A DNA stretch of 64,000 nucleotides, taken from NCBI RefSeq assembly GCF_036321535.1, contig NC_087437.1:75022001-75086000 (forward strand), read 5' to 3'. The notes beneath the pieces are model-generated. The model searched no databases. It was not told the DNA's origin and was given only the letters and a program-made list of their open reading frames with translations. This document shows positions 13,306 through 25,603 of this stretch, piece after piece. Positions within the stretch are counted from its first letter, which is position 1; every line of letters starts with the position of its first letter. The DNA comes from Camelus dromedarius (Eukaryota). The position numbers were made by a program, and so were the translations under genes.

Positions 13306-13634
13306 GAAAGATAAGGGCTGTAACAACAATATTCTGGGTGTATCTTCCTCTGTTGGTGCTCCCTGAGCTCCTCTTCCAGGTCCTATAGCTCGAGTAAAAC
13401 CGGATCTGATCAGACTTTGGGTGCCTCCAGATTTATGATCTGGTCTGTTGGGTGTACAGCCTATTTTTCCACTCGGATTATGCCGGTCTCATACAGTTTT
13501 AATCTGGTGTAGAAAATAAAGCTCCCTCTTCCTGTCTTCTAACCTGTCTTATCTTAGCAGGTGCATGTATCATGGTTTAGAGTAAACTGATGACTGTACT
13601 TATGCCAGCTTAGGACCAGAGGATGCAGATTAAT

Positions 13635-14130
13635 TCCACTGTAGTAGTCAACAGCAGAAACCTAGCTCAAAATAAGCTCAAGTAGAAAAGAGAATCTCCT
13701 CACTCGCAAACATTCAGACAGCGGAGTACGGGGCTCAGAGGACGTTATCAGCTCTCTGCAGCTCCTGTCTTTGAATGTCTCTGTATGCTGGCCTCATTCT
13801 CTTCAGTGCTCTCCCTTAGGCTGAGATACATAGCCACAAATGAATCTAACTTAAATTTTTACAATTCTCCATTCCAAAGGAAGAGAATCTCCCTTCCCTC
13901 ACCTCCCTATTCCTCTCTGTTTCTCTTTCTTCACCTCTATAGCTCCAGCTCTATCAATATCCCTTTCTTCCCCCTTCTTCCCTATGCACCTGTATATCAA
14001 ATCTGAGCAAAGAGTGATTGTCTTGGGTCATTGCCTGCATCGGTCACTGTGGCCAAGGAGGATGGAGGGCTTGGCTAACCCTGCTCATACACCCCCCATC
14101 CAGTGGGAGCAAATATCATCAGCCTCCCCT
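13635..14130 (-). mobile_element. MLT1-like LTR fragment
   Basis: caacagcagaaacctagctcaaaataagctcaagtagaaaagagaat...gattgtcttgggtca...tcactgtggccaagg. Confidence 0.55.
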
Positions 14131-14607
14131 GAATCTTAAGAATGGATTTTCTTTAGAAAGTTCAAATGACTTTCCCACAGCAGAGAAGAATTATGTTTCC
14201 AGTAAAAGGGAAGGGAAGCTGTCTAGAGAGAATAGCGTTTGTCACTGAAGTTACAAAAGCCCTGGGCCTCATTTCACATCACCTGTGGCAGGGTTCAGCC
14301 ACCTCTCCTTTAGAGAGCTAAGTGCATGACAAAGTAAGGCAAAACACCTTCATTAAATATTGTAGAAACACAGACTTGCAGAGTCTATACAAATTTTAAT
14401 CATTGTTTGAAAAATGAGAAAACCTTAAGCATGCTCTGAAAATACTGTATAAATCCTTTCCTATTTAGGATTTTAATCTGCAAATGCTCAGGACTATTCC
14501 CATTGCTGGCATGGGTCCCCTAAGACTCCAGCACTCTCCCACTGCTGTCTGAATGTACTAACAAGCACTGCTTCAGGCACTGGGCACTGTCAATTTTCCT
14601 TTATCAC

Positions 14608-14787
14608 TTTGGTGATCACAACTGCGCCTCACATTAGAATCTCTTGGGAAACTTTAAAAAAATTCCCATGTCCAGGATGTAACCCAGGTCAGGTGAATCA
14701 GAACTGCTGGGATGGGGCCCCATGCATCAGCATTTTTTAAAGCCCGTTTGGTGACTTCAGTGTGCAGCCAAGATTGCCACCACCGAT
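14608..14787. mobile_element. MER5A/B-like hAT-Charlie element
   Basis: cacattagaatctcttgggaaactttaaaaaa...gaatcagaactgctggg...catcagcattttttaaagc...ggtgacttcagtgtgcagccaag. Confidence 0.8.
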
Positions 14788-16441
14788 CCAGTTGACGTCA
14801 CAGTCTGCTTGCTGACCCCTCGTCCCCCCCAGACAGATCTTGCTTCTAAAACACAAAGGACTAAGACGTAACTGTGACCCTAGAGGGAACAGACAAGGAT
14901 GTAAGTAGCTCTGCCTTGCCTTGGTTGTAGGCCATGAATCCCAAGTAAGATATTCATAGGCCAGATCCAGTCATTTTTGGTACCCACAGTGTATTTTGAA
15001 AATTGAAAAAAAAATCATAAAAATCTCGATCTTTACCTTCTCTTAAAGTTGGAAGATTGGGGAGATGAGAGGGAAGTGGTTGAGTAGCTGCTGCTCCCTC
15101 TAGACAAAAAGTGCCTGCCAGTTTGTCAGCTTCCATCACTCTCTGTTAGTATGCCCGGTCAGTGTCACTAATTAACATGATCTGCTTTGCCTGTCTGGGC
15201 ATTTGTGTTTACAGCCACTTCTAGGTGCTAAGCCTCCCTGAAACCTGGGCAGAAGGAATTCTCAGTGTAATGCAGCCTAACTCATTAGAATTGGGTTTCC
15301 CATTAGGACAAAAGTGTCTCAGTAACAAGATGTGTTCATTATTTTGAACTTCTCGCCTGGGCAGAAGTCTCTCTTGAGTGACTGTGTCAGAATAAGTCAC
15401 AGAGGTGCTAGGTTTCATGTAGACAGAGAGAGATATTGAGGTAGACAGAGATACATCACACCTTTAACAAGATGATCAAAGGGCCATAAAAGAGAGGGAC
15501 ACAGATCTCAATGCTTCTTTTCTCCACCAGGGCAAAATTACTACTACCTTGAAAGGGAATCAACAGAATTCAATTAATTCAGCAAAAACAAATAATGACA
15601 TCTGTACAGGACTTTCCAGTTTACCAAGAACTTTCATGCTTGTTGTCTATTTGGTCCTCACAGAAGCTATATAAGGAAGACTTTATTACAACTCCTAATT
15701 CAAGGATGAAGGAATTAAAGCTCAGATAACTTTAAGAGATCTTAGGTCATTATGTCCCCAAGTTAGGAATTGAGTATATGCTTTTTATCCTAAATCTCAT
15801 GGTCTCAGTCATAACACACTGCACTCTCCAAAGGATAATAGCAGCTCAAGAGGCATGCTGAAGTTGTGATGGGTAATAGAGCTAGAACACTTGATAATCT
15901 TATGGGTGCTGACTAAGGCCACCTCAAAACATTCCGGGCACCAGCTGGGACCAGCTGCAGTGCCCTGGCCTCCTTAGAGCAGAGCCTCAAACACGGGATC
16001 AATTTGGCTAAGGGCCAAATGGGCAGCCTAGGGACAGTAAACATTAATTTGGACTTGGCTTACTCAGAAGTTGTGAAACATTTCATCCTTGCTAAACTGA
16101 AGTTCACTTTCAATCTTATGATCCCAAATTATAAGCATATAATAAGTTTATAGTAAAATTGAATTTGGGGATTTAGAGAAGAAATTGGCAAAATATTTTG
16201 ATTATTTGACTCAAATGTCATTTTGAGGATTTTGAGATCAACTCTATCTCAAGGATAAGTGCCTATATCTTGACTGACAAGTTCTGATTTACAACTACTT
16301 ATTGCTTCTTACTGAAACTAAATAACTTGGCATTGTGCTTACATATATATTGTAAGTATACAATAAACTTTAGCTCTTATAATTATTATAGACATCCTTC
16401 CAAATTGTTACTCACTTTTTTTGTGTCCTTGCCATGGTCCC

Positions 16442-16625
16442 TTTTTCCCCAGATTTATTGAGATATAATTGACATAGAACATTGTGTAAGTTTAAGGTAT
16501 ACAACATGATGATTTGATACATATATTACAAAATGATTACCATGATGAGGTTAATTAACACCTCCATCGCCTCACATAATTACTGTCTGTGTATGTGTGT
16601 GTGTGGTGATAACACTTAAGAGCCA
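16442..16625 (-). mobile_element. L1MA-type 3' end fragment
   Basis: tttattgagatataattgacatagaacattgtgtaagtttaaggtatacaacatgatgatttgata. Confidence 0.8.
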
Positions 16626-18639
16626 CTCAGTTAGATCTCCAATCATGGTTGGTGGAGCCAGTGGCCTTAAACCCTGGCTCAGGGTCCCTACATCAGAACG
16701 TGTACCTCTAACAGACCAGCCTTATCAAAATTAAAACAAAAGTGTAGCCTTCTTCATCAATCACTTTTGTTTTTAATCAAGGGAAATATAGACCCTTCAC
16801 AGCTCCTTTGTCTGCATTCACAGCCTCACCAGATAGCTTAAAGGGGTGGAAATTGGGGCAGTTCCGTGACTATTTGGACTAAAGGAAGACATTCCTGAAA
16901 GATTTTCAATTTTTCTTTTTTTCTGTTAAGGTTTCATATATTGCTAAGGTTTCCTCTTGAATTGTGCAAAAGCTTGCCCTGATCACTTCCAAATACTAAC
17001 AAGGTGGAAAATTTAATGTAGGAACCAAAGCATCTTCTGTGTTATACTGACATCAATCTCTGCTTCTCATTTCATATTCAAGACCAGAGATAAGGCTGAT
17101 TGTGTCAGACTTTGAAAAAGGAGACTCTATTTATGCATTATCTCTATTAAAAAATTTTAAGTGTATCTCTGTCAAGGAGGAGTGCTAGAGAAAGGGAAAC
17201 TGAGTATAAAAATGGTACTTTGGTACAAGTCTAGGTTAATACAGTTACAACATGGTTTCTTCACACTTCTGTGTCTCTTTGGACATGAATCCCTGTAATT
17301 AGAGTTCTTCTTTGTCCATTTCCTGTTGTTTGCAGGTTTACTGGTCTGCCATCAGCTGAGTTAGTCTTACCCACTGTTCTTGTATTTTCAGTTCATTTGG
17401 CAAAAAACTGTTCCAGGCAGAGTGAGGATTTTATTCTTCTGAGCCTCTCAAAATTGCTCCTGCATCCCACATTACAGAATATGATTAAAGGCAGTTTGCT
17501 GCAATAGAAATAACCTTGATTTGAATGAAGTCTGAAGTCTTGGATTCTATGCCTAGTTCTGCCCTCAACATTGTGGCTTCAAGGGTGAAGTAAGTAATGG
17601 ATATGAATTTAGCAACACTGATGAATGCAACGTTCTGTGGCTCCCTGACCACTGACCATCCTATACTCCTAAAAAACACCAGCCTCACCAAATAGCTTCC
17701 TATTTTAACTTCCACATACTTTTTTCCCTAGCACTTTACTGTAAGACAATAAATATTAAAAAAAAAAACACACACACACACACAAAAAACAGAAACATGC
17801 ATCAGGGACCAACCAGATGTGGATGGAAAGAGACGTGTGTACCTGCTTTGATGATTGGTTTTAGTTGAAATGGTTCTGACAGCCAGGCTTAGAGGCAGGG
17901 AACAGCCTGCCAGTGTTCTCTGACTTAAAGTGACTACCGTCAGTTTTAACAAGGATCACGTTTAGGCTTTCCTCCTCTAGTGAGCAGTTCATTAGGTTTG
18001 AGATGCCTGTGAGAATTGGGCTATTGGTGGAAAGTTTGTATAAAACAAACAACATCCTTGCTGAGTCTTGACACCTGGATGATATTTACTGGGAGAATTC
18101 TTACGTTGACTGGGCTCAGTGTTTTTGTTGTCACTTACTTATGTGTGTTTATATTTTGAATTTATTTTGTTTTTTCAGATAAGTAATTTTTCCTCTCCTA
18201 AGAGGAAGAGATTTTTGTTTTAGATGGTAAACAGAGTTCTGATTTAGCACTACCTGTCTCATATTGATAGGCAACACAAAAAGCCACTATTTCCTGTTGC
18301 TACAAACTCTGGGGAGTGTGTGTGTATAATGTTCAGATACATATGAACTCTTGGTCTACACAGTCAGGTGTATGGGGAATGGAATGGAATTTTTCTATAA
18401 CAACTTAAATTCTAAGATTACCATTCTTCTTCATAATGGAAATGTAATCTCGATTTAGAAACTCTTCCATTCTCTCTTTCACCCATAATAAGGTGAACTT
18501 AGTAATGTTAATGTTAACGACCTTTTCTAGTCACTTTCCAACAAGGGTCCTCCTGCCTGGTGTCACTCACACCGATAGAATGGGACAAAGTTCAGTTCCG
18601 AAGCAAAGGAAAGCTCTCTCTGTGATCAGAGAATGGAGA

Positions 18640-18890
18640 GGGGCGAGCTCAGGGATCCAGCGTCCTCGCTCTCCCCAGCTCGCGCCCCCAGCTCGCCCGG
18701 AGGCTGCAGGTGGGGCTGCTTTCTAGGGACGGCGTCAGCGGGGGGGGGGGGGGGGGGGGGGGGGGGCCGGGCGGGGCGGAGCTCTCCTGGGCGGGTCCCT
18801 CTGAGCTGTTCCCTCTGAGCTCCAGCTCAGCTCGCAGTGCCGGAGCAGCGTCTCTGCACACAGACCACAGAGCTGCAGTGTCCCTCCGAC
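18640..18890. promoter_or_regulatory. Small orphan CpG/GC-rich patch with 27-nt poly-G and Sp1 GC box
   Basis: About 18 CpG in 250 bp on an AT-rich background. cgtca half-CRE, G-run 18740-18766, then ccgggcggggcggag. Confidence 0.45.
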
Positions 18891-20256
18891 CTGGCTGTTT
18901 AGCACAAGGAACTCTGATCTGAAGTGCTGGGGACAAGGTCTCTACATGTGGCACCCCAAGAGCAAGTTATACTAGACAAAGCACAAAGGAAAGGAAAAGA
19001 TTAGGCTTTAGTTTATCACCCAGATTCTATTTTTATTTCCCAAGAATTGTTACTGGGCTTTGCCAGTGACACTAATATATAGGAGGATGAGGTCTGGTGT
19101 GTGTTGCCATATATCCAGCTGACTTCGGTAATGATCAAGGGTAGTCATCAAACTATATTAAAATATCAAAAAATCAAAATGGCACAGGCACAATCAAAAT
19201 GGATGTTGGTAGTAGCTAATTAGTACCAGCGACCAGCACATACTGGTGACCCTGCCCTTCTGGTCTTCAACTACTGTTTCACCCAAGCCACAGCCACATC
19301 TTTTTGTCCCTGTAGAAGTTTCTGTGCTATATCCAAGTGTTTCACAGAAGCATTAAATGTGTTGTGGTCCCACTTTTGGCCATAGAAACTGTCTCTCCTT
19401 TACTGCTCCTTAGGACATGGGGGAAATTACAGGCCTTGCATCTTCTCAAATTCTACTCAAGAATTGGTGGAGGGGGCTTGGTGTTGGAGCGCTACCCTGC
19501 TTTTGATCTCTGCTTCCTTAACAAAGTTTAAGTTGGGTGGACCAGCTTAGAGGCAGAGATCTGGTACCTGAAATAGAGCACAAAATTTTCAGGAATCTCA
19601 GCTTCTAACTTTATTATTTTATATTTAAACTCACTCCTTCTAAGGAGTCTAAAGTATCTTTATTTAATAGGAGGCACTGTAGACTGCTTTTTATTATATA
19701 TTCTCAAATATTCCCCAATTTTTGTTTAGGACAAAAATTGTATGTTCTGAGTTCTTCAAATCTCTGCCTTGGCTTTTGACAAACAAGGGTCATATTTCTA
19801 CCGTATTGTTTCACACCCACTGAGGCAACAAATGTTGCCCATTAAACAGGACAATGTTGACAGCATAATAAAAAAAAATCAAGAATGATAAACTAATTAG
19901 TTACTGCATATCAATCTATCAATCTGTTTCAGGCATCTGACCCATCTGTCAAGACTATAAATGAACATCTCAAGCAGGAGGACCGTCTTCCTCCTTGAAA
20001 GCCACCTGGTCTTTGAGTCACTCTATTAGGAAGTTATTTGTTATAATGGTCTGAAATCTTTCCTAAAAATATTAAGATAAAAAGAAAAGCAGTCACTTTT
20101 GTATTATCACTTCTCTCCAGGCCTCCCTTCAGATACCCTGTGCTGTTCACCACTTTAATAACCCAAGGGCAGGAGCCCACCCCAGAAGGTAGAAATCTGA
20201 CTTTTTGGAATCACAGTACTTTGTGTGGCTCTTCTACCACCCAATTTCCTGCTCCA

Positions 20257-20282
20257 GATTCCTGATTCCTGATTCCTGATTA
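20257..20282. repeat. (GATTCCT)n short tandem repeat, ~3.5 copies
   Basis: gattcctgattcctgattcctgatt seen directly. Confidence 0.85.
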
Positions 20283-23136
20283 GCAATGTGGGCAACCAGA
20301 TCTTGATCAGTGTCTCATCTTCCAATGAAAGGGTTTCAAGTCCAGTTGAAATGTTTGCAAGAACTAATCCAACAACCATTGGAATTCAAACTCCTCCACA
20401 AGTCATTAATATCAGGCTCTATAAGGCTCTGCATTGTGCAGTGTCGTTCATATCTGGTCACTTGCACTAATTAGTTTCTGGGTTCTTGGATGAGATTTCA
20501 GCTTCTCATCACCATGCTTCCTCTTGACATAGGGCCTCTGCTTTCCTGTAACCACTCTCAGAGAGATTTTTCTTTCCCATTTGTCCAGTCCTATCCTCCT
20601 TCAGATTTTAGCTCAAATGATAAGTTCTTTGGTAAACGTCCCCCAATTCCCTAACAAGATCCTTTTTCTCTTTTTTTTTTTTTTTTTGGAGTCACTTATA
20701 TACACTTCTTTGTATGATTATTTATTTTCCTTATTCTATCCTTATGGGTATCGCCCAGCTGGCAGGTGGCCAGCACTGCAAAACAGTTTTGGAATGAATG
20801 AACGAATGTAAGAAAAGTTCATGCCTGTATGTAAAGCTAGACCCGAGCCCACAGACTCAGCATGTCTTTCTCCACTCTCTCCCACCTCTTTTTCTCCCAA
20901 TATGTTTCCTTTTCCTCTTTGATTGCAGTGTCTGTTTCCAGCAAGCACTAGAATAAAATAGACGGATAAATGTGTGTAGTTTTTGTTTTCATTTTCCTTA
21001 AGGCTAATTACAGGCTGTGGTGATGATTATCTTAAGGAGTCACCAGACCTTGTTTAATGAGCAACATGAATCTGCAGAGAAATACTGTTTCCCAGGGTTT
21101 GAGTCAAAGATTGCAAAGAGAGGTTGGGAAAAGAAAAATAGGCCACCAGTGAAAGATTTTTTTCCACACATCATTTATACTGCTTTGTATTATTTACAGT
21201 ATATCTTGTCAAGAATTCCACCAAATGGCATGATGCTCTAAAAAAGTTTATATAGCAAACTACTCTTGCTCACATTCTCTACTTAAAATGTAGCATATCT
21301 CTGAATTAGATGTCCTTATAAATCCTTTGACATATAACTTCCCTTCAGATGTAGCCCACCAGATTACATAAAATATTACTGAAGTATATCTTCATTTTTC
21401 ACAGAAATCAGTTATGTTAATTTGAACATCTAAGACAGGCTTAAGCAAGTTCTTGATTACATCTAGTAACTAGTGATGTTTTCTCAGTATAATTTTTTTT
21501 TTCATATTTGGAAACCTACCAGGCACTAACATTCAGGGAATATTTATTCTGACCCATTGCCTCTTTAGAAAGATATTATTAAACATTCTGTCAGCACAGT
21601 TATAGTGATAGTCTTGTATATTGGTCACAAAAAAGAAACCAAACGAAACTAAAAACTTTGAGCCTGAAAAAATGATGGCAATTGAATGAATAGTTTACTA
21701 TCAAGCCAGTCCAAACTCCATTTCCTGTGGCTATAATTAAAGCTGATAAAGTTTAGGAGTAAGATGTACTTTTAAAGGAGGATGACTTAAAGTAAGTTAG
21801 AAAATAGTTTTTTGAAACTGAACAAAAAATGAACAACAGAAGATGACACAGGTATTTTATTTGTGATGCAGACGTTTAGTTCGTGATAATATCTGCGTCA
21901 CAAAGAATCCACATACAAGTTTAGATACGGAAAACTGTCCTGCAAATAATTCAATTACATAGAAAAATAGTTGAAAAGATATAAAATCACCATCTGAAGC
22001 ACTAGTCACTTGAATTTTTTTCCAATAGTGTTCATTTGGGGGAGATACTTTTTTGGTGGTTTACATTTTTGCTTAGCAAAAAAAAAAAATGTGAAACATT
22101 ACATAAAGAAGAGATGGCAATTCGGTCAGTGGTTTTGTTCAGTGATAATTTAAGAAGACACTGTTGAAAGCAAAGCAGTTTGATTTCAAACTATTATTTT
22201 TTACTTGGATTTTTCCTGAAGTAACCCATAAAGGTAGTTTGTGATCCAACCATGGATTTTGAGGGCTTAAATACACTGCATCTTTTTTTAAAAAAATGTA
22301 TCCTCCAATTTAATATGAAGCAGAGTAGGACAGGCAAGCAAGGTTAAGACCAGTGGTAGGAAAGTGGATTTTTGGAAGTTGGGGACAATGAGGAGGTTGG
22401 AGGGGAGACTGAGAATCAATAAATATAGTTGCATAAGAAATGCAATTCTTACATAAGAACTCAAAATTGCTATTGTTTCTCCTGCTGCTTGCTCCCAGAT
22501 TCCCTGTTGGGAAAAAATGTGAAATTTGTGCAGTGGCATTGAATGTCCAACATATTAGCATATTACAAATAGTTCAGTGACCTCTATGAAAAATAATTGG
22601 TGTCTACACAAATGAAAATAAGCAGCTCTCTACACTGCCCTCTGTTCTGATTAAAGTTAGGAAGTGTATTAGTTTTTTTCTATATAGGCTAAGATTGTTC
22701 ATTAAAACACACACTCTCTGCTTATTTTCTATTATGAAACTTATTCAGTATTTTCAACTACATTCTTTTAAGCAGAAATACATTTCAACAAAGCTAGTGT
22801 GGTCACAGCTAGTATCCTTATATAGTGACAGAATAGCAATTTAAAATGCTAAGGTTATGTCAAGTGAGAAAAATAGAATGTGTGGCTTGTTTCGGATCGT
22901 GAAACATTACATCGCAGGTACTATAGTAGAAGATCAATTATTCTCTTTGTGATTTGTTTAGGATAACCTTTTGACTGAAGAAGTCATGAGAAAAACCAGA
23001 CTAATGGTCTTGGGGCTTAAAGAAAAAGTCCCTAATCAAATCTAAATTACATGAACGAGGACACAAAGTGATTTTGCACAATTGCGTTATTCCCAACTGA
23101 GTGGATACCAAGCTTTTTGTTTTTAATTATAGTCTT

Positions 23137-23280
23137 TTCCAAGGATGCAAGATTAGTCCAATGTTCAAGAAAATCACTCAGTGTAATTCACCATATTAAC
23201 AGACTGAAGAAGAAAAATTACATGATCATATCAATTGATTCAGAGAGTACATTTGATGAAATTCAGCACCCATTCATGGC
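23137..23280 (+). mobile_element. L1 ORF2 reverse-transcriptase fragment
   Basis: Translates [36 protein letters not shown], matching L1 ORF2p KSINVIHHINRxKxKNHMIISIDAEKAFDKIQHPFM. Confidence 0.9.
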
Positions 23281-23284
23281 ATGG

Positions 23285-24750
23285 GTATCTTCAGGTTTGT
23301 CTTGTTGGGGTTTGGTTAGCTTTTTGAATATGTAGGTTTCTGTCTCTTGTCAAATTTAGGAATTTTCTAGCCGTTATTTCTTTACGTGCTTTTTTTAACT
23401 CCAGCCTTTTCCTCCTCTCCTTTGGAAACACCAATGACATTAATGTTAGATTTTCTACTATAACCCTACAGACCCCTGACACTCTATTTTTTTCAATCTA
23501 TTTTCTCTCTATTGTTCAGAAATTACTGCATAATTTTTATTTTTCGGTCTTTAGTTCAATAATTCTTTACCCTGTCCTCTTCGTTCTGCTCTTGAGCCCA
23601 GCCACTGAGGTTTCACTTCAAGGCTTGTATTTTTCAGTTCGAAAATTTCTCTTTGGGTCTTCTTTATATCTCCTGTTTCTTCACTGAGGCTGTTTTCATT
23701 TGTTTCAAGAATGTTCATAATTACTCATGGAAGGTTTTTTTTTTTTTTTTTAGCATGACCCATTTAAAATCTTTTCCAGATCATTGTAACATCTCTGTCA
23801 TCTCAGCATTGGCATCTACTGACTGTCATTTCATTCAGTTGGAATCACCCTGGCTCCTGGTATAATGGTGATTTTTTATGGAAATCTGGACATTTCTGTT
23901 TTTTGTTAATGAGACTCTGATTCTTGTTTCCACCTTCTGTTTTGATAGGCTTTCTCTCTCAGCACTCTGGCAATGGTGGGGAGCGGGCACTGGCTGGTTC
24001 CTGCCAGGTGGAGGTAGGAGTCTAGGTTCTCCTCTCAAACGTCTATTGACAACTTAGGGTGGGTGGGGAGTCCTTGTTACTGCTGGGTTGGGTGAGAGTT
24101 CTGGCTCCCTAAGGGGTCACCCCTGACATTAGAGTGAGAGTGGGTCTCTGACTGCTGGGCAGCGCTTAGCGTCCTGACTCTCCACTAGGCCTCCTCTGAT
24201 CTCCATGTGATCTCCACTGATCCTGTGGGATGGAGGTGGGGACCTCATTACCCTCTGGGGTCAGAGAGAGATGACAATCCTGGCTCCCCATGGCTTTCTT
24301 TGATGTCATATGGTGGGGGTTTTGAGAAACCTCTTACAGCCTCCTGAGTGTGGAAGTCTAGGTTTCACTCAGCCTTTGCTTGTGTGAGTGGAGACGGGAT
24401 CACAATTTCCTCTACGGTTTGACTGGAGTTGAGCAGATACTGTCTAAAAGTTTTCTGTCTTGCAAGACTGCTTCTTTCCCGGTCCTTTACCTAAAGAGAA
24501 TAGGCTTTTTTGCCTGCAGTTGGTGGCATTTTCAGGTTGTTGGCTTCTTTAGTTCCAACTTAGGACAATATGAGTTAAAAAGAAAACACAGGGAACTCAC
24601 TATTCTGTTTCTTGGGACTCTAATTTCCTAGCTGTCTCTTCTCAACTTCTCAAGTCTTCTTAGTCTTTCTGATACAGAACGCTCAGGGGTTTTAGTTGTA
24701 CTTAGAGAAGTCGGACCATTAAGTCTATTTCATCTATCTGGAAGTAGAAG
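23285..24750 (-). mobile_element. Old L1 5'/ORF1 region fragment
   Basis: Minus-strand translation [25 protein letters not shown] resembles L1 ORF1p EIxxENFPNLxKDxNxQIQEAQRTP. T-rich plus strand. Confidence 0.75.
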
Positions 24751-24861
24751 TCAGCCAATAAACTTTTTTTGATTAATGAATTTTTATTCAACAAATAAAA
24801 ACTCTTCTAAAGTTCAGGAAATAAAAGAATCTTAAAAAAACTCAGGAAGGAACATGGATAC

Positions 24862-25603
24862 ACTCAAAATATATACCCAGAATCCAAATACTTTTCATCA
24901 CTGCTACCGATGTGGCTCAAACTACCACCATCTCCCATTGGAATTATTGTCATAAGTCCGTGATTGCTTCTCCCTTCGACTGCCTGTGATCTAAATTCAA
25001 TACGGCAGCTTAAGAGACTGTTAAAATATAGTCTGATCACTGTGCTCAGAATCTTTCAAGGGCTCCCCGCCACTGAAGTCAAAGTCCATACAAGGCCCCA
25101 CACATTTTGCATCCCCCCGAGCTGACCTCTTTGACTCCTTTCCTCCTATTCTCAGCTCCCTCACACTGATGCTCCTACAGTGGCCTCTCACAGGCTGGAC
25201 ACATTCCCCACTCAGGGCCATTGTAGGTACTGTTTCTTTCATCCGGAACATTCCTGCCCCGGATATCCTCATGGGTAGCTCTTTCACCTTCTGCAGATCA
25301 TCGCTCAGATGCTACCTCCTCAGGTCCTTCCCGACCACCGTATTTAAAACCATAACTCCCATCACTCCCTCCATCCCGTGTCCCCCTTCTTGCTCTGTTT
25401 TATCCATAACAATTTTCCTTCTAATTTGTCATACAATTTACTGATTTATTTCATTTATTTTCTGCCTCTCTGCATCAAAGCATTAATAAGCCCCATGAGG
25501 GACATGGTGTCTTGTCTATTTCACTACTGTCTATTTGTCCACATCAAGAACAGTACTCAGCGTACATGAAGTGCTCAATAAATATCTGTTGAAAGAATGA
25601 ACG
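24862..25603 (+). mobile_element. L2 3' fragment
   Basis: Same L2 layout as 11392-12172, ending gtgctcaataaatatctgttgaaagaatgaa. Confidence 0.85.

Noticed and set aside
18633..18954. Poly-Gly/poly-Pro ORFs
   Set aside because: Translation artefacts of the G27 homopolymer in a GC-rich patch.
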